Assembly: GCA_964640085.1 (NCBI GenBank)
Contig: CAZXFA010000006.1
Span: 51,866-115,865 of the forward strand
Origin: an uncultured Actinomycetes bacterium
Lineage (GTDB): Bacteria; Actinomycetota; UBA4738; HRBIN12
Length of the DNA stretch: 64,000 nucleotides
Reading direction: 5' to 3'
Positions 26,008 to 35,883 of the stretch are shown here, piece after piece. The notes under the pieces were generated by a model that saw nothing but the letters and a program-made list of their open reading frames with translations, had not been told where the DNA came from and made no database searches. Numbering within the stretch: the first letter of the stretch is position 1; every line of letters begins with the position of its first letter. The translations under genes and the position numbers were made by a program.

Positions 26008-26976
26008 TCAGGCCGGGGATGGGCCCGCGGCGGCGCTCTGGGGGCAGGTCGGCGAGCGCGGGCACCAGGTGCAGTACGGGCCCGGCCGGAGCGCGGGGGC
26101 CCGGCCCGCATCGGATGCCGCGGCCGAGCGGATCGCCTCGATCACGCGGTCGACCGCCCGCTCGAGGACCCGTCGGTCCACGTCCTCGGCCACCCACTCG
26201 CCCGAGTCCAGGTACAGCGTGGCTACCCGGTAGGGGGGCACGCCGAACCGCAGGGCCAACACCAGGGCGTAGAAACGCATGTCCTCCGCGTGCTCGGGCC
26301 AGGCCCGGCCCGTTTTCAGGTCGATCGCCAGACGGGTCGCCCGGCCGGGCTCGAGAGGCGACCCGGTGCCGAGCACCAGGTCCAGGGCCCCCGAGAGCAC
26401 CACCGCGCCGCCCAGGAGCTCGGCCCGGACGTGCCACTCGGTGGACGGCGCGAGCTCCCGCCGCATCCTCCGGAGCGGCGGCAGGGTGGAGCGGAACAGC
26501 TCCAGCGTCTTGGCCGCCTGCATCAGCGTCTCGTCGCGGCGGAGGCCGTCCAGCCCGTCCCAGAACCCTCGGAACGCGTCGTCCTCGACCAGGCGTTCCG
26601 CCGCCTCCTGGACCAGTCCGTGCGGGTCCCGGTCCTCGCGGCCGGCGACCTCGAGCTCGACCGCCTTGTGGGCCAGCCTGCCCGCCGCGGTCCGCGCCGA
26701 GAACGCGAACGGTCCGCGCTCCCCCGCCCGCACGGCGTCGAACAGACCCGGGCAGCGCGCCAGGTCGTTCAGGCTGGACTTGCCGAGCCAGAGCGGCTCG
26801 GCGAGCTCGAGCCTCCGCGCGGCCTCCTCGATCCGGTCGCGCAGCCGCGCGACGACGTCGGGCGGGAACACGGGCCGCTCACCGGTACCGATGAGCCCGT
26901 CCATGGTCCGCCGCTGCACGGGAGAGAGCTCGAGGGTCGCGTCCACCGGGGGGATGGTAGGAGCAGCCACCGACAA
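26008..26976 (-). CDS. PD-(D/E)XK nuclease superfamily protein (RecB/Cas4-like) with C-terminal Cys cluster
   Basis: LAIDLKTG...EDMRFYALVLAL core and C-terminal CTWCPRSPTC, typical of Cas4/AddB-type Fe-S nuclease domains. Confidence 0.55.
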   Translation of the reverse strand: MSVAAPTIPPVDATLELSPVQRRTMDGLIGTGERPVFPPDVVARLRDRIEEAARRLELAEPLWLGKSSLNDLARCPGLFDAVRAGERGPFAFSARTAAGRLAHKAVELEVAGREDRDPHGLVQEAAERLVEDDAFRGFWDGLDGLRRDETLMQAAKTLELFRSTLPPLRRMRRELAPSTEWHVRAELLGGAVVLSGALDLVLGTGSPLEPGRATRLAIDLKTGRAWPEHAEDMRFYALVLALRFGVPPYRVATLYLDSGEWVAEDVDRRVLERAVDRVIEAIRSAAASDAGRAPALRPGPYCTWCPRSPTCPQSAAAGPSPA

Positions 26977-27014
26977 GGCCGAGACGCCCGACCGCCCACA
27001 CCGGGTGCCCGTAG

Positions 27015-27494
27015 GTGCAACGGGGGAACTCGGACCGCCTGCTAGGGTCGGTTCCCGTGCGTGGCCCCGTCCGCGTCCTCCTGTCGATCGGCCTCGTGCT
27101 ATCCGTCGCCGCGCCCGCCGGGCCGGCAGCGGCGGACCATCGGCCCGGACCGTGCGGTCTCGACCGCGCCGAGGACGAGGGCGTCCGCCGCTGGGTGAGG
27201 CGGCTGATCCGCTGCGCAGCCGACGAGTGGCCCGTGCCAGGCGGTGCCCGCAGGGCGATCTGTATCGCGAAAGCCGAGAGCCACCTGAACCCGAAAGCGA
27301 CCTCCGCCGACGGGGCCTACGTCGGGCTGTTCCAGCACGCTGCCGACGCCTGGCCCGACCGCTATACGACGTGGACGAAGCGCCGGTGGAAGCTCGACGA
27401 CCGACCCGGCAACGGTCGCACGAACACGATCGTGACCATCCGGATGGTGAACGCGAACGGCTGGGGCCCCTGGCGGGGCGTCGGCGACTGCTGA
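27015..27494 (+). CDS. Secreted transglycosylase-like domain protein
   Basis: Signal peptide VRVLLSIGLVLSVAAPAGPAAA, then CIAKAESHLNP...GAYVGLFQ. The start may be an internal GTG near 27060. Confidence 0.5.
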   Translation: MQRGNSDRLLGSVPVRGPVRVLLSIGLVLSVAAPAGPAAADHRPGPCGLDRAEDEGVRRWVRRLIRCAADEWPVPGGARRAICIAKAESHLNPKATSADGAYVGLFQHAADAWPDRYTTWTKRRWKLDDRPGNGRTNTIVTIRMVNANGWGPWRGVGDC

Positions 27495-27616
27495 CCTGCC
27501 TCTCCCAGGCCAGGCGACCCCACCTGGATACCGCCGAACGGCCCTATCGCCTCGTTCCCCGGCCTGTGACGTTCGGGTGACCTAGACGGGCCCACGCGTC
27601 CAGGCGTTCATGGGGC

Positions 27617-28171
27617 GTGGTCGGAACCGAAGTCTCGGGATCGGTGGTCGTTCGGGAGGGACGGCCGATGGTCCAGGCCACCAGCGCTGCGATCGGCTCT
27701 GTGGCCTTCGAGGACTTCTTCGAGGCCGAGCGGCACCGGCTGTTCGGCGCCGTCTACCTCCTCACCGGGAGCGTCGAGGAAGCCGAGGAGATCGTCCAGG
27801 ACGCGTTCCTGGCGCTGTGGGAACGGTGGGACCGCGTCTGCGCGCTCGAGAACCCCTCCGGATACCTCTACCGGACGGCGATGAACGGCTACCGCAGCCG
27901 CCGGCGGCGGATGGCACGGGCGGCCCGGCGGCTGCTGCCCCTGCCCGGGTTCGAGGACCCGTTCGAGGCGGTCGACCTGCACGACGAGGTCGTCCGCGCC
28001 CTCCGCAGCCTCGCTCCGCGGCAACGCGCGGCGATCGTCCTGACGGAGCTCCTGGACTACGGCTCCGCCGAGGCGGCCGAGCTGCTCGGCGTGAGGCCGG
28101 CCACCGTGCGGAACCTGGCGATGCAGGCCAGGGCCGCCTTACGTCGAGCGATGGAGCGGGAGCATGTCTGA
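27617..28171 (+). CDS. ECF (sigma-70 family) RNA polymerase sigma factor
   Basis: Region 2 EEIVQDAFLALWERWDRV and region 4 ERQRAAIVLTELLDYGSAEAAELLGV. Confidence 0.85.
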   Translation: MVGTEVSGSVVVREGRPMVQATSAAIGSVAFEDFFEAERHRLFGAVYLLTGSVEEAEEIVQDAFLALWERWDRVCALENPSGYLYRTAMNGYRSRRRRMARAARRLLPLPGFEDPFEAVDLHDEVVRALRSLAPRQRAAIVLTELLDYGSAEAAELLGVRPATVRNLAMQARAALRRAMEREHV

Positions 28172-29162
28172 GTACGGGACGGTCCTCGGGCGGGTCGAGC
28201 GCCGGGTGCTGATGCCCGAACCGGCGATGGACCGGCTGCTCCGCCGGCGGGACCGGCGCCTGCGGAACCAGCGCATCGCGGCGGGCGCGGTCGGGCTCGT
28301 CGTTGCCCTCGCCGGGATCGGCTTCGGCGTCCTCGCGCTCCGCGGCGGTCGGGTGGGTCGTCCGGCGTCGGGGGAGCTGCCGAGCCCCTCGCCCGGTGGC
28401 GAGGGGGTGGTGGGGATCGTTCTGCCGACCGTCGCGATCTGGATCGCGCTCGCGGTCCTGGGGCTCACCGGCCTCGCGATCGTCCGCCTGCGCAGGCGAC
28501 CCGTGGAAGCTTCCATGGGCGGTTCGACGAGGCGTGAACGCTCGAGGCCGGGCCATGGACCTGCGACCGAGACACGCACGCCCCGAGGGAAGGGAGGGAA
28601 CGAGATGGACAGCAGGCAGAAGACAGGCGCCGGGGTCTCGCGGACCGATATGCCGGAGATCCGGTTCGACGACGGCAAGCTCCATCGCACGAACCTGTGG
28701 CTGATCGGGGCTGTGGTGGTGCTCGCGGTAGCGCTCGTCGCCGTCGGCACGTGGGCGATCGTCGACCGCTCGGGCGGCGAACAGCAGGCGGCGCCGCCAC
28801 CGATGCCATCGATGCAGATCGAGGTCGCGGATCCAGCGATCCTGGAGCTGATCGATGACCTGGATGCCGCGCTCGGCGTGAGCGGGGAGCGCTTCGCCTC
28901 CTTCTTCACGGAGGACGCTGTCTTCGAAGAACGCACGGAGGCGGACCAGGTAACCGTGGGTCGTGCGAACATCGCGAGGCAGGTCCAGTACTACATCGGC
29001 CTCGGCTGGCACGGCCATCGGGTGGGTGAGGTGGCCCAGTGGGGCAACTTCGCCGCCTACGCGAATGTAGGCCCGGAAGGGTTCAGCGGGATGACGATCC
29101 TGGAGCTCACTCCCGAAGGACGGATCAGCCACAGTTGGAACTTCGGCGACTACCGGCGCTGA
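28164..29162 (+). CDS. Membrane-spanning anti-sigma-factor-like protein with C-terminal SnoaL/NTF2-like domain
   Basis: 8-nt overlap with the sigma gene (ATGTCTGA). Three TM helices. Confidence 0.6.
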   Translation: MSEYGTVLGRVERRVLMPEPAMDRLLRRRDRRLRNQRIAAGAVGLVVALAGIGFGVLALRGGRVGRPASGELPSPSPGGEGVVGIVLPTVAIWIALAVLGLTGLAIVRLRRRPVEASMGGSTRRERSRPGHGPATETRTPRGKGGNEMDSRQKTGAGVSRTDMPEIRFDDGKLHRTNLWLIGAVVVLAVALVAVGTWAIVDRSGGEQQAAPPPMPSMQIEVADPAILELIDDLDAALGVSGERFASFFTEDAVFEERTEADQVTVGRANIARQVQYYIGLGWHGHRVGEVAQWGNFAAYANVGPEGFSGMTILELTPEGRISHSWNFGDYRR

Positions 29163-29264
29163 ATGCCTGGAGCCCCGGGGCGGTTCGCCGCTCCGGGGCT
29201 CCGCAGCAACGTTCGGCGGTCGGTCGCTCGTCAGGCGAGGTTCCCCGTGACCCTGGGGGTTCGG

Positions 29265-30689
29265 ATGCTGCGCTCGATCACCTTCGTGGCTGTGTCTGCC
29301 CTCCTCGTGGCAGGATGCCAGGGCACCCCCGGGGACGACCGACCTGCCGGAGCACCGTCGACTTCGACGGCCCTTCCGCCATCCGGCTCGCCACCGCCGG
29401 AGACAGCGGCTCTCCAGCAGGGCAACGATCGACGGACGACCAAGATCCGGGTCAGAGATCTCACCGAGCTCACGGGCAACCGGATCGGTGACATGCTCCA
29501 GCTCGAGCATCACCCGCTCCCGTGTCCGTCCGCACGGAAGGACTGGCAGTACACCCACGTCGCCGACCTGGGCTTCACGTGGGTCCGGCTGATGCTCGAT
29601 CCCGGCGAATGGGAACGGCTCTCAAGGCCGGGACAGTTCTCCAAGCGCGCCCGCATCGATCCGTGCCAGGACCGGATCATCACCGCCCTCGCCGAGAGCG
29701 GCGTCACGATCGTGCTCCTGATCGTCTACTGGGACGAGGACCTGCATGCCGATCGCCCTCCGGACTACGGGAGGGAGCCGGAGGTCCGCCGGTACCTGGA
29801 CCACGTCCGGATGATCGTGCGGCACTTCAAGGATCGCGTCCGGTACTACGAGGTCCTGAACGAGGCGATCGCCTTCGTGGAACTGCGCGACTACCTGAAC
29901 CTGCTCCGGCGGGTGATCCCGGTCATCCACGAGGAGTATCCACGAGCCCGGGTGGTCGCGAACCCGACCTCGGACATCCTGGCCCCGTTCGATCGCAGCT
30001 ACCTGTTCGGGCTCCTGCGCTCGGACGTTGTGCGATCGCTCGGGGCGATCGCCACGGCCCCCATGTTCGGAACCTCTCCCGCCTACGAGGAGTCCCGGGC
30101 GCTCTACGAGACCTACCCGAGCCTGGCCCGAAGGATCAAGAAGGTGGCCAGGGCTCACGGCTTCACCCGGCGGTTCCTGTCCGAAGGCATGATTTGGAGG
30201 ACGGAGAAGAACCGGCTCAAGAGCGAGCCCCTGACCTACACGGAGCTCGAGGCGACCAAGTACTTCTTGCGCGCCATCGTCCTTCACCGGGGGATGGGGT
30301 TCTGGGCCGGCATCGGCGGACGGATGTACGACACGATCCCGTCCTTCGTGGAAGCCGCCCCACGGCTCAGCGCGGTGATGGATGGCGCCCGGCCGGAGCG
30401 CCTGGCCGTCCGGATCGAGAGCGAGGCGGAGGACGTCGCGACCTACGGCTTCAGGCTGCCGGACGGCGGCCGGATGCTCGCGCTCTGGACCGACGGAGCG
30501 GCGGTCGACGAGGACCCCGGCGTGCCCGCCACGCTCACCTTCCCGGGCTTCCCGGCGACGGACGCGATGGGCGTCGACGTGCTCGAGGGCTTCCAACAGG
30601 AGCTCGTCGCGGCGCAGGAAGGCGGAAGCCTGATCTTCAGGGACCTGCTCGTGAAGGACTACCCGATCTTCGTCCGCCTGGGCGGGTAG
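29265..30689 (+). CDS. Secreted glycoside hydrolase family 5-like lipoprotein
   Basis: Signal peptide and lipobox MLRSITFVAVSALLVAGC. GH5-type YYEVLNEA catalytic-acid motif. The ORF opens at 29163. Confidence 0.6.
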   Translation: MLRSITFVAVSALLVAGCQGTPGDDRPAGAPSTSTALPPSGSPPPETAALQQGNDRRTTKIRVRDLTELTGNRIGDMLQLEHHPLPCPSARKDWQYTHVADLGFTWVRLMLDPGEWERLSRPGQFSKRARIDPCQDRIITALAESGVTIVLLIVYWDEDLHADRPPDYGREPEVRRYLDHVRMIVRHFKDRVRYYEVLNEAIAFVELRDYLNLLRRVIPVIHEEYPRARVVANPTSDILAPFDRSYLFGLLRSDVVRSLGAIATAPMFGTSPAYEESRALYETYPSLARRIKKVARAHGFTRRFLSEGMIWRTEKNRLKSEPLTYTELEATKYFLRAIVLHRGMGFWAGIGGRMYDTIPSFVEAAPRLSAVMDGARPERLAVRIESEAEDVATYGFRLPDGGRMLALWTDGAAVDEDPGVPATLTFPGFPATDAMGVDVLEGFQQELVAAQEGGSLIFRDLLVKDYPIFVRLGG

Positions 30690-30845
30690 ACCTTCGCGAC
30701 CGGTCCAGGCACGGCGTCCCTCACGTCAGGCGGTCGACCGGGGCCCGTCCGGCAGGCCACCCGGACCTTCCACGCCCACGCCTCCCGGCGCAGGATCCGG
30801 GAGAGTGGCGGTGGACAGTTCGCCACGCCCGGGGGTTCATGGGGC

Positions 30846-31403
30846 GTGAACGGAAAGGCATCTTCAGGCACGATGACCACCAGGACGGCTCGGCCGATCA
30901 CCGAAGGATCGTTCCCTCGGGCCGTCTCCGCGGCGGTGGCCTTCGAGGACTTCTTCGAGGCCGAACGTATGCGCCTGTTCCGCGCGCTCTGCCTGATGAC
31001 CCGCGACCGCGGCGAGGCCGAGGAGCTCACGCAGGATGCGTTCCTCCGCGTGTGGGAGCGATGGGATCGCGTCCGGCAGATGGAACGACCGTCGGGCTAC
31101 CTGTACCGCTGCGCGATGAACGGTTTCCGGAGCCGACGGCGGCGCCTGCTGCGGACGGCCCGGCTGTCGGTCCCACCGATGCGATCGACCGATCCGTACG
31201 AGGAGGCCGACGAGCGGGACGCCGTCCTCCGGGCCCTCGGCAGGCTCGGACGGCGCCAGCGCGCGGCGGTGGTGCTCACCGATCTCCTCGGCTACCGATC
31301 CGGCGAAGCGGCCCGGCTGCTCGGTATCGAGGCAACGACCGTCCGATCCCTGGCGTCCGAAGCGCGGGCCGTGATGCGAAACGAGCTCGGAGAACAGCGA
31401 TGA
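30846..31403 (+). CDS. ECF sigma factor, paralog of 27617..28171
   Basis: Same region 2/4 architecture as the first sigma factor (AELTQDAFLRVWERWDRV; RRQRAAVVLTDLLGYRSGEAARLLGI). Confidence 0.85.
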   Translation: MNGKASSGTMTTRTARPITEGSFPRAVSAAVAFEDFFEAERMRLFRALCLMTRDRGEAEELTQDAFLRVWERWDRVRQMERPSGYLYRCAMNGFRSRRRRLLRTARLSVPPMRSTDPYEEADERDAVLRALGRLGRRQRAAVVLTDLLGYRSGEAARLLGIEATTVRSLASEARAVMRNELGEQR

Positions 31404-32437
31404 ACCAGACGGGGAAGATGCTCGAGCGGGCCGGACTGCGGTTCGAGATGAGCGAACCCGCGATGGAGCGGCTGCTCCGGCGGCGGGAGCGCCGAGCGCG
31501 GAACCAGCGCATCGCGGCCGGGGTGGTGGGCATCGTGATCGCCATCGCGGGCGTGGGGTTCGCGATCCTCGCGCTGCGAGGCGGCGGCGCGACCCGCCCG
31601 GCATCGGGGCCGAGCCCGAGCCCCTCGACCGGCGACGGCGTGGTGGGGATCGTCCTGCCGACCGTCGCCATCTGGGCGGCCCTGGGCGCGCTCGGGCTCA
31701 CCGGGCTCGCCATCGTCGGCCTCCGCCGCCGGCCGAGGCGACAGGCACATCACCGAACACCGGGTGCGCCACCGGCACCGGGCCATGGACCGGCGGCCGA
31801 GGAGCGCACCGTCCTCACGGAAGGAGTGAGAACGATGGACAGCAGGGAGAAGATGGGCATCCGGATCCCGCAGGTCGAGGTGCCCAGGGTCAGGGTCGAT
31901 GACGATCGCGTCTCGCGCCTCAACCGGTGGCTGATCGGTGCGATCGTGCTGCTGGCGGTCGCAGTGGTGGCGCTGGGCGTGGCGCTGATCGCATCATCGG
32001 GCGATGGGGTTCCGGCGAGCTTCAGCGAGCCCGACCCGGCCGTCGTCCAAGCCTTCGACGGATGGTCCGAGACGTTCTCGAGCGGGGACTACGAGGCGGC
32101 GTTGGGGTTCTGGAGCGAGGTGGGCTACCTCGAGCTCGCTGACGGCAGATCCTTCCAGGGGCACGAGAAGCTCAGTGATTGGTACGAGACTGTGTCTCCC
32201 TACGATCTCCAGTGGGAGCGGGTCAGCGACGTCATCGGCAAGGGGCGCGTGGGGGCAGCGCTGTACCACTTCTGGTCGGGCCCCGAAGCGACGGCGTTCC
32301 TAGGGCCCGATGAGTTCATGATCCGGACGATCGTTCTCGACGTCGACGGCAAGATCGCCTACGAACGTGAAGTGGTGCCGCCGCCAGCAGACGGTCTCGG
32401 CAGTGCCTTGCATCTCGGCGATCCCTTCGAAGGCTAG
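31400..32437 (+). CDS. Membrane anti-sigma-factor-like protein, paralog of 28164..29162
   Basis: Start ATG overlaps the sigma stop (ATGA). Collinear with the first anti-sigma protein, e.g. AMERLLRRRERRARNQRIAAG, GVVGIVLPTVAIW, MDSREK. Confidence 0.6.
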   Translation: MNQTGKMLERAGLRFEMSEPAMERLLRRRERRARNQRIAAGVVGIVIAIAGVGFAILALRGGGATRPASGPSPSPSTGDGVVGIVLPTVAIWAALGALGLTGLAIVGLRRRPRRQAHHRTPGAPPAPGHGPAAEERTVLTEGVRTMDSREKMGIRIPQVEVPRVRVDDDRVSRLNRWLIGAIVLLAVAVVALGVALIASSGDGVPASFSEPDPAVVQAFDGWSETFSSGDYEAALGFWSEVGYLELADGRSFQGHEKLSDWYETVSPYDLQWERVSDVIGKGRVGAALYHFWSGPEATAFLGPDEFMIRTIVLDVDGKIAYEREVVPPPADGLGSALHLGDPFEG

Positions 32438-32613
32438 GCGGCTCGAAGCTCGATGCCAAGATCGCCTGCGAGCACGAGTCGTCCTCGCCTCCTGAGCTCA
32501 GGTCCCTCCTTGACTGAGGCGTTGACTGAGGAAGCCACGGCTGTGGTCACGAGCCAAGGCCCGGGAGCCCCCGGATGACCCGCCGGGGGCTCCGGCCGTA
32601 GACTCGGCGGGTC

Positions 32614-34200
32614 ATGGCGACGACCGAGGACCTTCCCCAACAGCCGCTCGTCACGGTCGAGGAGCGGATCGAGGAGCTCCGGGCGCGCAAGCAGGCGCTG
32701 TCGGACGGGACCCGCAAGGACGCCGTCCGCAAGCAGCACGAGAAGGGCAAGCTCACGGCCCGCGAGCGGGTCGAGCTCCTCATGGACCGCGGGTCGTTCC
32801 AGGAGATCGACCCGCTCGTGGTCCACCGCTCCCACGACCTCGGGCTGGATCGCTCGCACCCGCCCGGGGACGGTGTGGTGACCGGGTACGGGAGCATCGA
32901 CGGACGGCGGGCGTTCGTGGCCTCGCAGGACTTCACCGTCTTCGGCGGGTCGCTCGGCGAGATCCACGCCCAGAAGATCTGCAAGGTCCTCGACCTCGCG
33001 ATGTCCACCGGCGCCGCCTTCATCCAGATCAACGACTCGGGAGGAGCCAGGATCCAGGAGGGCGCCGCCTCGCTCGCCGGCTACGGGCACGTGTTCGAGC
33101 GCAACGTGCGCGCCTCGGGCGTGATCCCGCAGATCAGCGTGATCATGGGGCCGTGCGCCGGCGGCGCCGTCTACTCGCCCGCGATCACCGACTTCACGTT
33201 CATGGTCCGGGAGACCTCGCACATGTTCATCACCGGGCCGGACGTGATCAAGGCGGTGACCGGCGAGGAGGTCACGTTCGAGGAGCTCGGCGGGGCGATG
33301 ACCCATGCGAGCAGGTCGGGCGTGGCCTCGATCGTGAGCCAGGACGAGGAGGAGTGCCTGGCGATGGTCCGACATCTCCTCTCCTACGTCCCGTCGAACA
33401 ACCTGGAAGACCCGCCGTCCTACGCCCCGGTCGACGACTCCGAGCGACGCGACGAAGGGCTCACGCATCTCGTGCCTGACTCCGCCAAGGAGGCCTACGA
33501 CGTGCACGAGGTGATCCGGCGCGTGGTGGACGACGGGGACTTCTTCGAGGTGTTCCCCTACTGGGCGATGAACATCGTCACGGGGTTCGCGCGCCTGGAC
33601 GGCCGGAGCGTGGGCGTCGTGGCCAACCAGCCGAAGGTCCTGGCCGGGACGCTCGACATCGACGCGGCCGAGAAGGGCGCGCGGTTCGTGCGGTTCTGCG
33701 ACGGCTTCAACATCCCGATCGTGACGTTCGTGGACGTACCCGGGTTCCTGCCGGGGACGGCGCAGGAGTACGGGGGGATCATCCGCCACGGGGCGAAGCT
33801 GCTGTACGCGTTCGCCGAAGCGACGGTCCCGCGCACCACCGTGATCACTCGCAAGGCTTACGGCGGCGCCTACCTCGTCATGAACTCGAAGCACCTGCGC
33901 GCGGACGTCTCCTTCGCCTGGCCGACGGCCGAGATCGCGGTGATGGGCCCGGATGCCGCCGTCAACGTGGTGTTCCGCAAGCAGATCGAGAAGGCCGAGG
34001 AGCCCGAGGCGATGCGCGCCCGGCTGATCGCCGAGTACCAGCAGAAGTTCGCCACGCCCTACGTCGCCGCCGAGCGAGGGTTCATCGACGACGTGATCGA
34101 ACCGGCCGACACGCGGCCGCGGCTGATCAAGGCGCTCCGGATGCTCGCGACCAAGCGCGAGGCGATCCCGGCCCGCAAGCACGGGAACATCCCCCTGTGA
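32614..34200 (+). CDS. pccB: Acyl-CoA carboxylase carboxyltransferase beta subunit (propionyl-CoA carboxylase beta)
   Basis: 528 aa carboxyltransferase signature region with two carboxyltransferase lobes. Confidence 0.9.
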   Translation: MATTEDLPQQPLVTVEERIEELRARKQALSDGTRKDAVRKQHEKGKLTARERVELLMDRGSFQEIDPLVVHRSHDLGLDRSHPPGDGVVTGYGSIDGRRAFVASQDFTVFGGSLGEIHAQKICKVLDLAMSTGAAFIQINDSGGARIQEGAASLAGYGHVFERNVRASGVIPQISVIMGPCAGGAVYSPAITDFTFMVRETSHMFITGPDVIKAVTGEEVTFEELGGAMTHASRSGVASIVSQDEEECLAMVRHLLSYVPSNNLEDPPSYAPVDDSERRDEGLTHLVPDSAKEAYDVHEVIRRVVDDGDFFEVFPYWAMNIVTGFARLDGRSVGVVANQPKVLAGTLDIDAAEKGARFVRFCDGFNIPIVTFVDVPGFLPGTAQEYGGIIRHGAKLLYAFAEATVPRTTVITRKAYGGAYLVMNSKHLRADVSFAWPTAEIAVMGPDAAVNVVFRKQIEKAEEPEAMRARLIAEYQQKFATPYVAAERGFIDDVIEPADTRPRLIKALRMLATKREAIPARKHGNIPL

Positions 34201-34457
34201 GCGAGGAGCGCCGCTTCGAGCTGCCCGAGGGCCTGTCCCCGGACGAGGAGCGAGCGGCGATCCGCGCGCTCGAGCGGTACTTCGCGGCCGAGAGCCCTCA
34301 CCCGGACCCCTGGGTGCTGGCCGGACGGATCCAGGCCGCCGGCTGGGGGGCGCTCCAGGCCCGTCACTACACGGACGACCCGCGCGGCCTGACCTCCTCC
34401 GCCCCGTTCGCCCGGCGCGGGGTGCCGCCCTCGAACGGCCGCGACGACTCGAGGTAG
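34197..34457 (+). CDS. Acyl-CoA carboxylase epsilon subunit
   Basis: 86 aa, overlaps the pccB stop. Actinobacterial AccE/PccE-like small subunit. Confidence 0.6.
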   Translation: MSEERRFELPEGLSPDEERAAIRALERYFAAESPHPDPWVLAGRIQAAGWGALQARHYTDDPRGLTSSAPFARRGVPPSNGRDDSR

Positions 34458-34462
34458 GCCCC

Positions 34463-34759
34463 ATGGGCGCCAGCAGGACCGCCCGCGCGGTCGACGGGCG
34501 CGAGGGCGCCCTGGCGGCTTTCCGGTCCGAGGGATGCTCGGAGCCCCGCCCGTGGGGCAACGGCCCCGGAGACACCTACGGCTGGCACGCGCACGGCTAC
34601 CACAAGGTCCTGTTCTGCCTGGCGGGCTCGATCACGTTCCACACGCGCGACGGGGATCTGGATCTCGGCGCGGGCGATCGGTTGGATCTCGAGCCGGAGA
34701 CCGAGCATGCGGCCACCGTGGGGCCCGGGGGATGCTCGTGCGTGGAGGCATCGCGCTGA
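34463..34759 (+). CDS. Cupin domain protein
   Basis: 98 aa with cupin motifs GWHAHGYHKVLFCLAG and the second His cluster. Confidence 0.6.
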   Translation: MGASRTARAVDGREGALAAFRSEGCSEPRPWGNGPGDTYGWHAHGYHKVLFCLAGSITFHTRDGDLDLGAGDRLDLEPETEHAATVGPGGCSCVEASR

Positions 34760-35883
34760 TGCGCGTGGCGATCCACGCCGACCAACCGTTCTTCCGGGCC
34801 CCCGGGGGCATCGCCACCTACCTGCGGCATCTCGTCCCGGCGATGGCCGCCCGCGAGCCTGCGCTGAAGATCGCCCTCTTCCACGCACGGTTCCCGGCGT
34901 CCGAGGCTCCCGAGCGATGGATGCGGGACCGCTGGGTCGAGGAGCTCCCGTGGCCGATCCGGACCCTGTACCCGAGGTGGAACCTCCTGGGCCGGCCGGC
35001 GCTGCCCGCCTCGCTCCGGGACGCGGACCTGGTCCACGCGACGAACCCCGCCGCGATCCCGCCGGTCGCCGAGGGCCAGCGGCTCGTCGTCACGGTGCAC
35101 GATCTCGCGTTCCTGCGGTTCCCGAGGATGTTCCCCCCCGCCTGGCGACTCCTGTATCGGCTCGGCCTCCGGGCGGCCGTCCGTCGGGCCCACGCGATCC
35201 TCACCCCCTCGCGGAACACGGCCGAGGATCTGCTGGGCCGGACGCCGGTCGACCCGCAGCGGCTGCACGTGACCCCGCTGGCCGCCGCGCTGCCTGCCGG
35301 GAGCCTCGACCCCGAACCGGTCCTGTCCCGCCTGGAGATCCCCTCGCCGTACGTCCTCTTCGTCGGGACGCTCGAGCCGCGGAAGAACCTCGTCCGCCTG
35401 GTCCGCGCCTACCGACGGGTCGCCGGGGCCGGGCATCCCCACGCCCTCGTGCTCGCGGGCCCGATGGGTTGGCACACCGAGGCGCTCCGGCGCGAGCTCG
35501 CGCTCGAGGGTCCGGGGCAGGTCATCCTGACCGGATCGCTGGGGCCAGACGACCTCGACGCGACCTACCGCGGGGCGGATGCGTTCGTGTACCCGTCGCT
35601 GTACGAGGGCTTCGGGCTGCCGGTCCTGGAGGCGATGGCGCGGGGCGTCCCCGCCGTCGTCTCGGCCACCTCCGCCGTCCCCGAGGTGGCTGGGGACGCG
35701 GCGATCGGCGTCGACCCGGGCTCGGTGGACGATCTCGCCCGGGCGATCACCACGATCCTCTCCGAACCCGACGTCGCGAGTGACCTGTCCGTCCGCGGAC
35801 GGGCCCGCAGCGAGCGCTTCTCGTGGGACGAAACGGCGCGCCTCACGCTCGAGGTGTTCGGACGCGTCACGGGGGCGAAGTGA
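34759..35883 (+). CDS. Glycosyltransferase family 4 (GT1 clan)
   Basis: EX7E-type motif YEGFGLPVLEAMARGVPAV. Start ATG overlaps the cupin stop (TGATG). Confidence 0.8.
   Translation: MRVAIHADQPFFRAPGGIATYLRHLVPAMAAREPALKIALFHARFPASEAPERWMRDRWVEELPWPIRTLYPRWNLLGRPALPASLRDADLVHATNPAAIPPVAEGQRLVVTVHDLAFLRFPRMFPPAWRLLYRLGLRAAVRRAHAILTPSRNTAEDLLGRTPVDPQRLHVTPLAAALPAGSLDPEPVLSRLEIPSPYVLFVGTLEPRKNLVRLVRAYRRVAGAGHPHALVLAGPMGWHTEALRRELALEGPGQVILTGSLGPDDLDATYRGADAFVYPSLYEGFGLPVLEAMARGVPAVVSATSAVPEVAGDAAIGVDPGSVDDLARAITTILSEPDVASDLSVRGRARSERFSWDETARLTLEVFGRVTGAK

Noticed and set aside
28164-29162. Splitting each anti-sigma ORF into two genes at the internal SD-ATG
   Set aside because: There is no stop codon between the parts in either paralog, so a single product is the parsimonious call. 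The internal-initiation possibility is kept as a finding.
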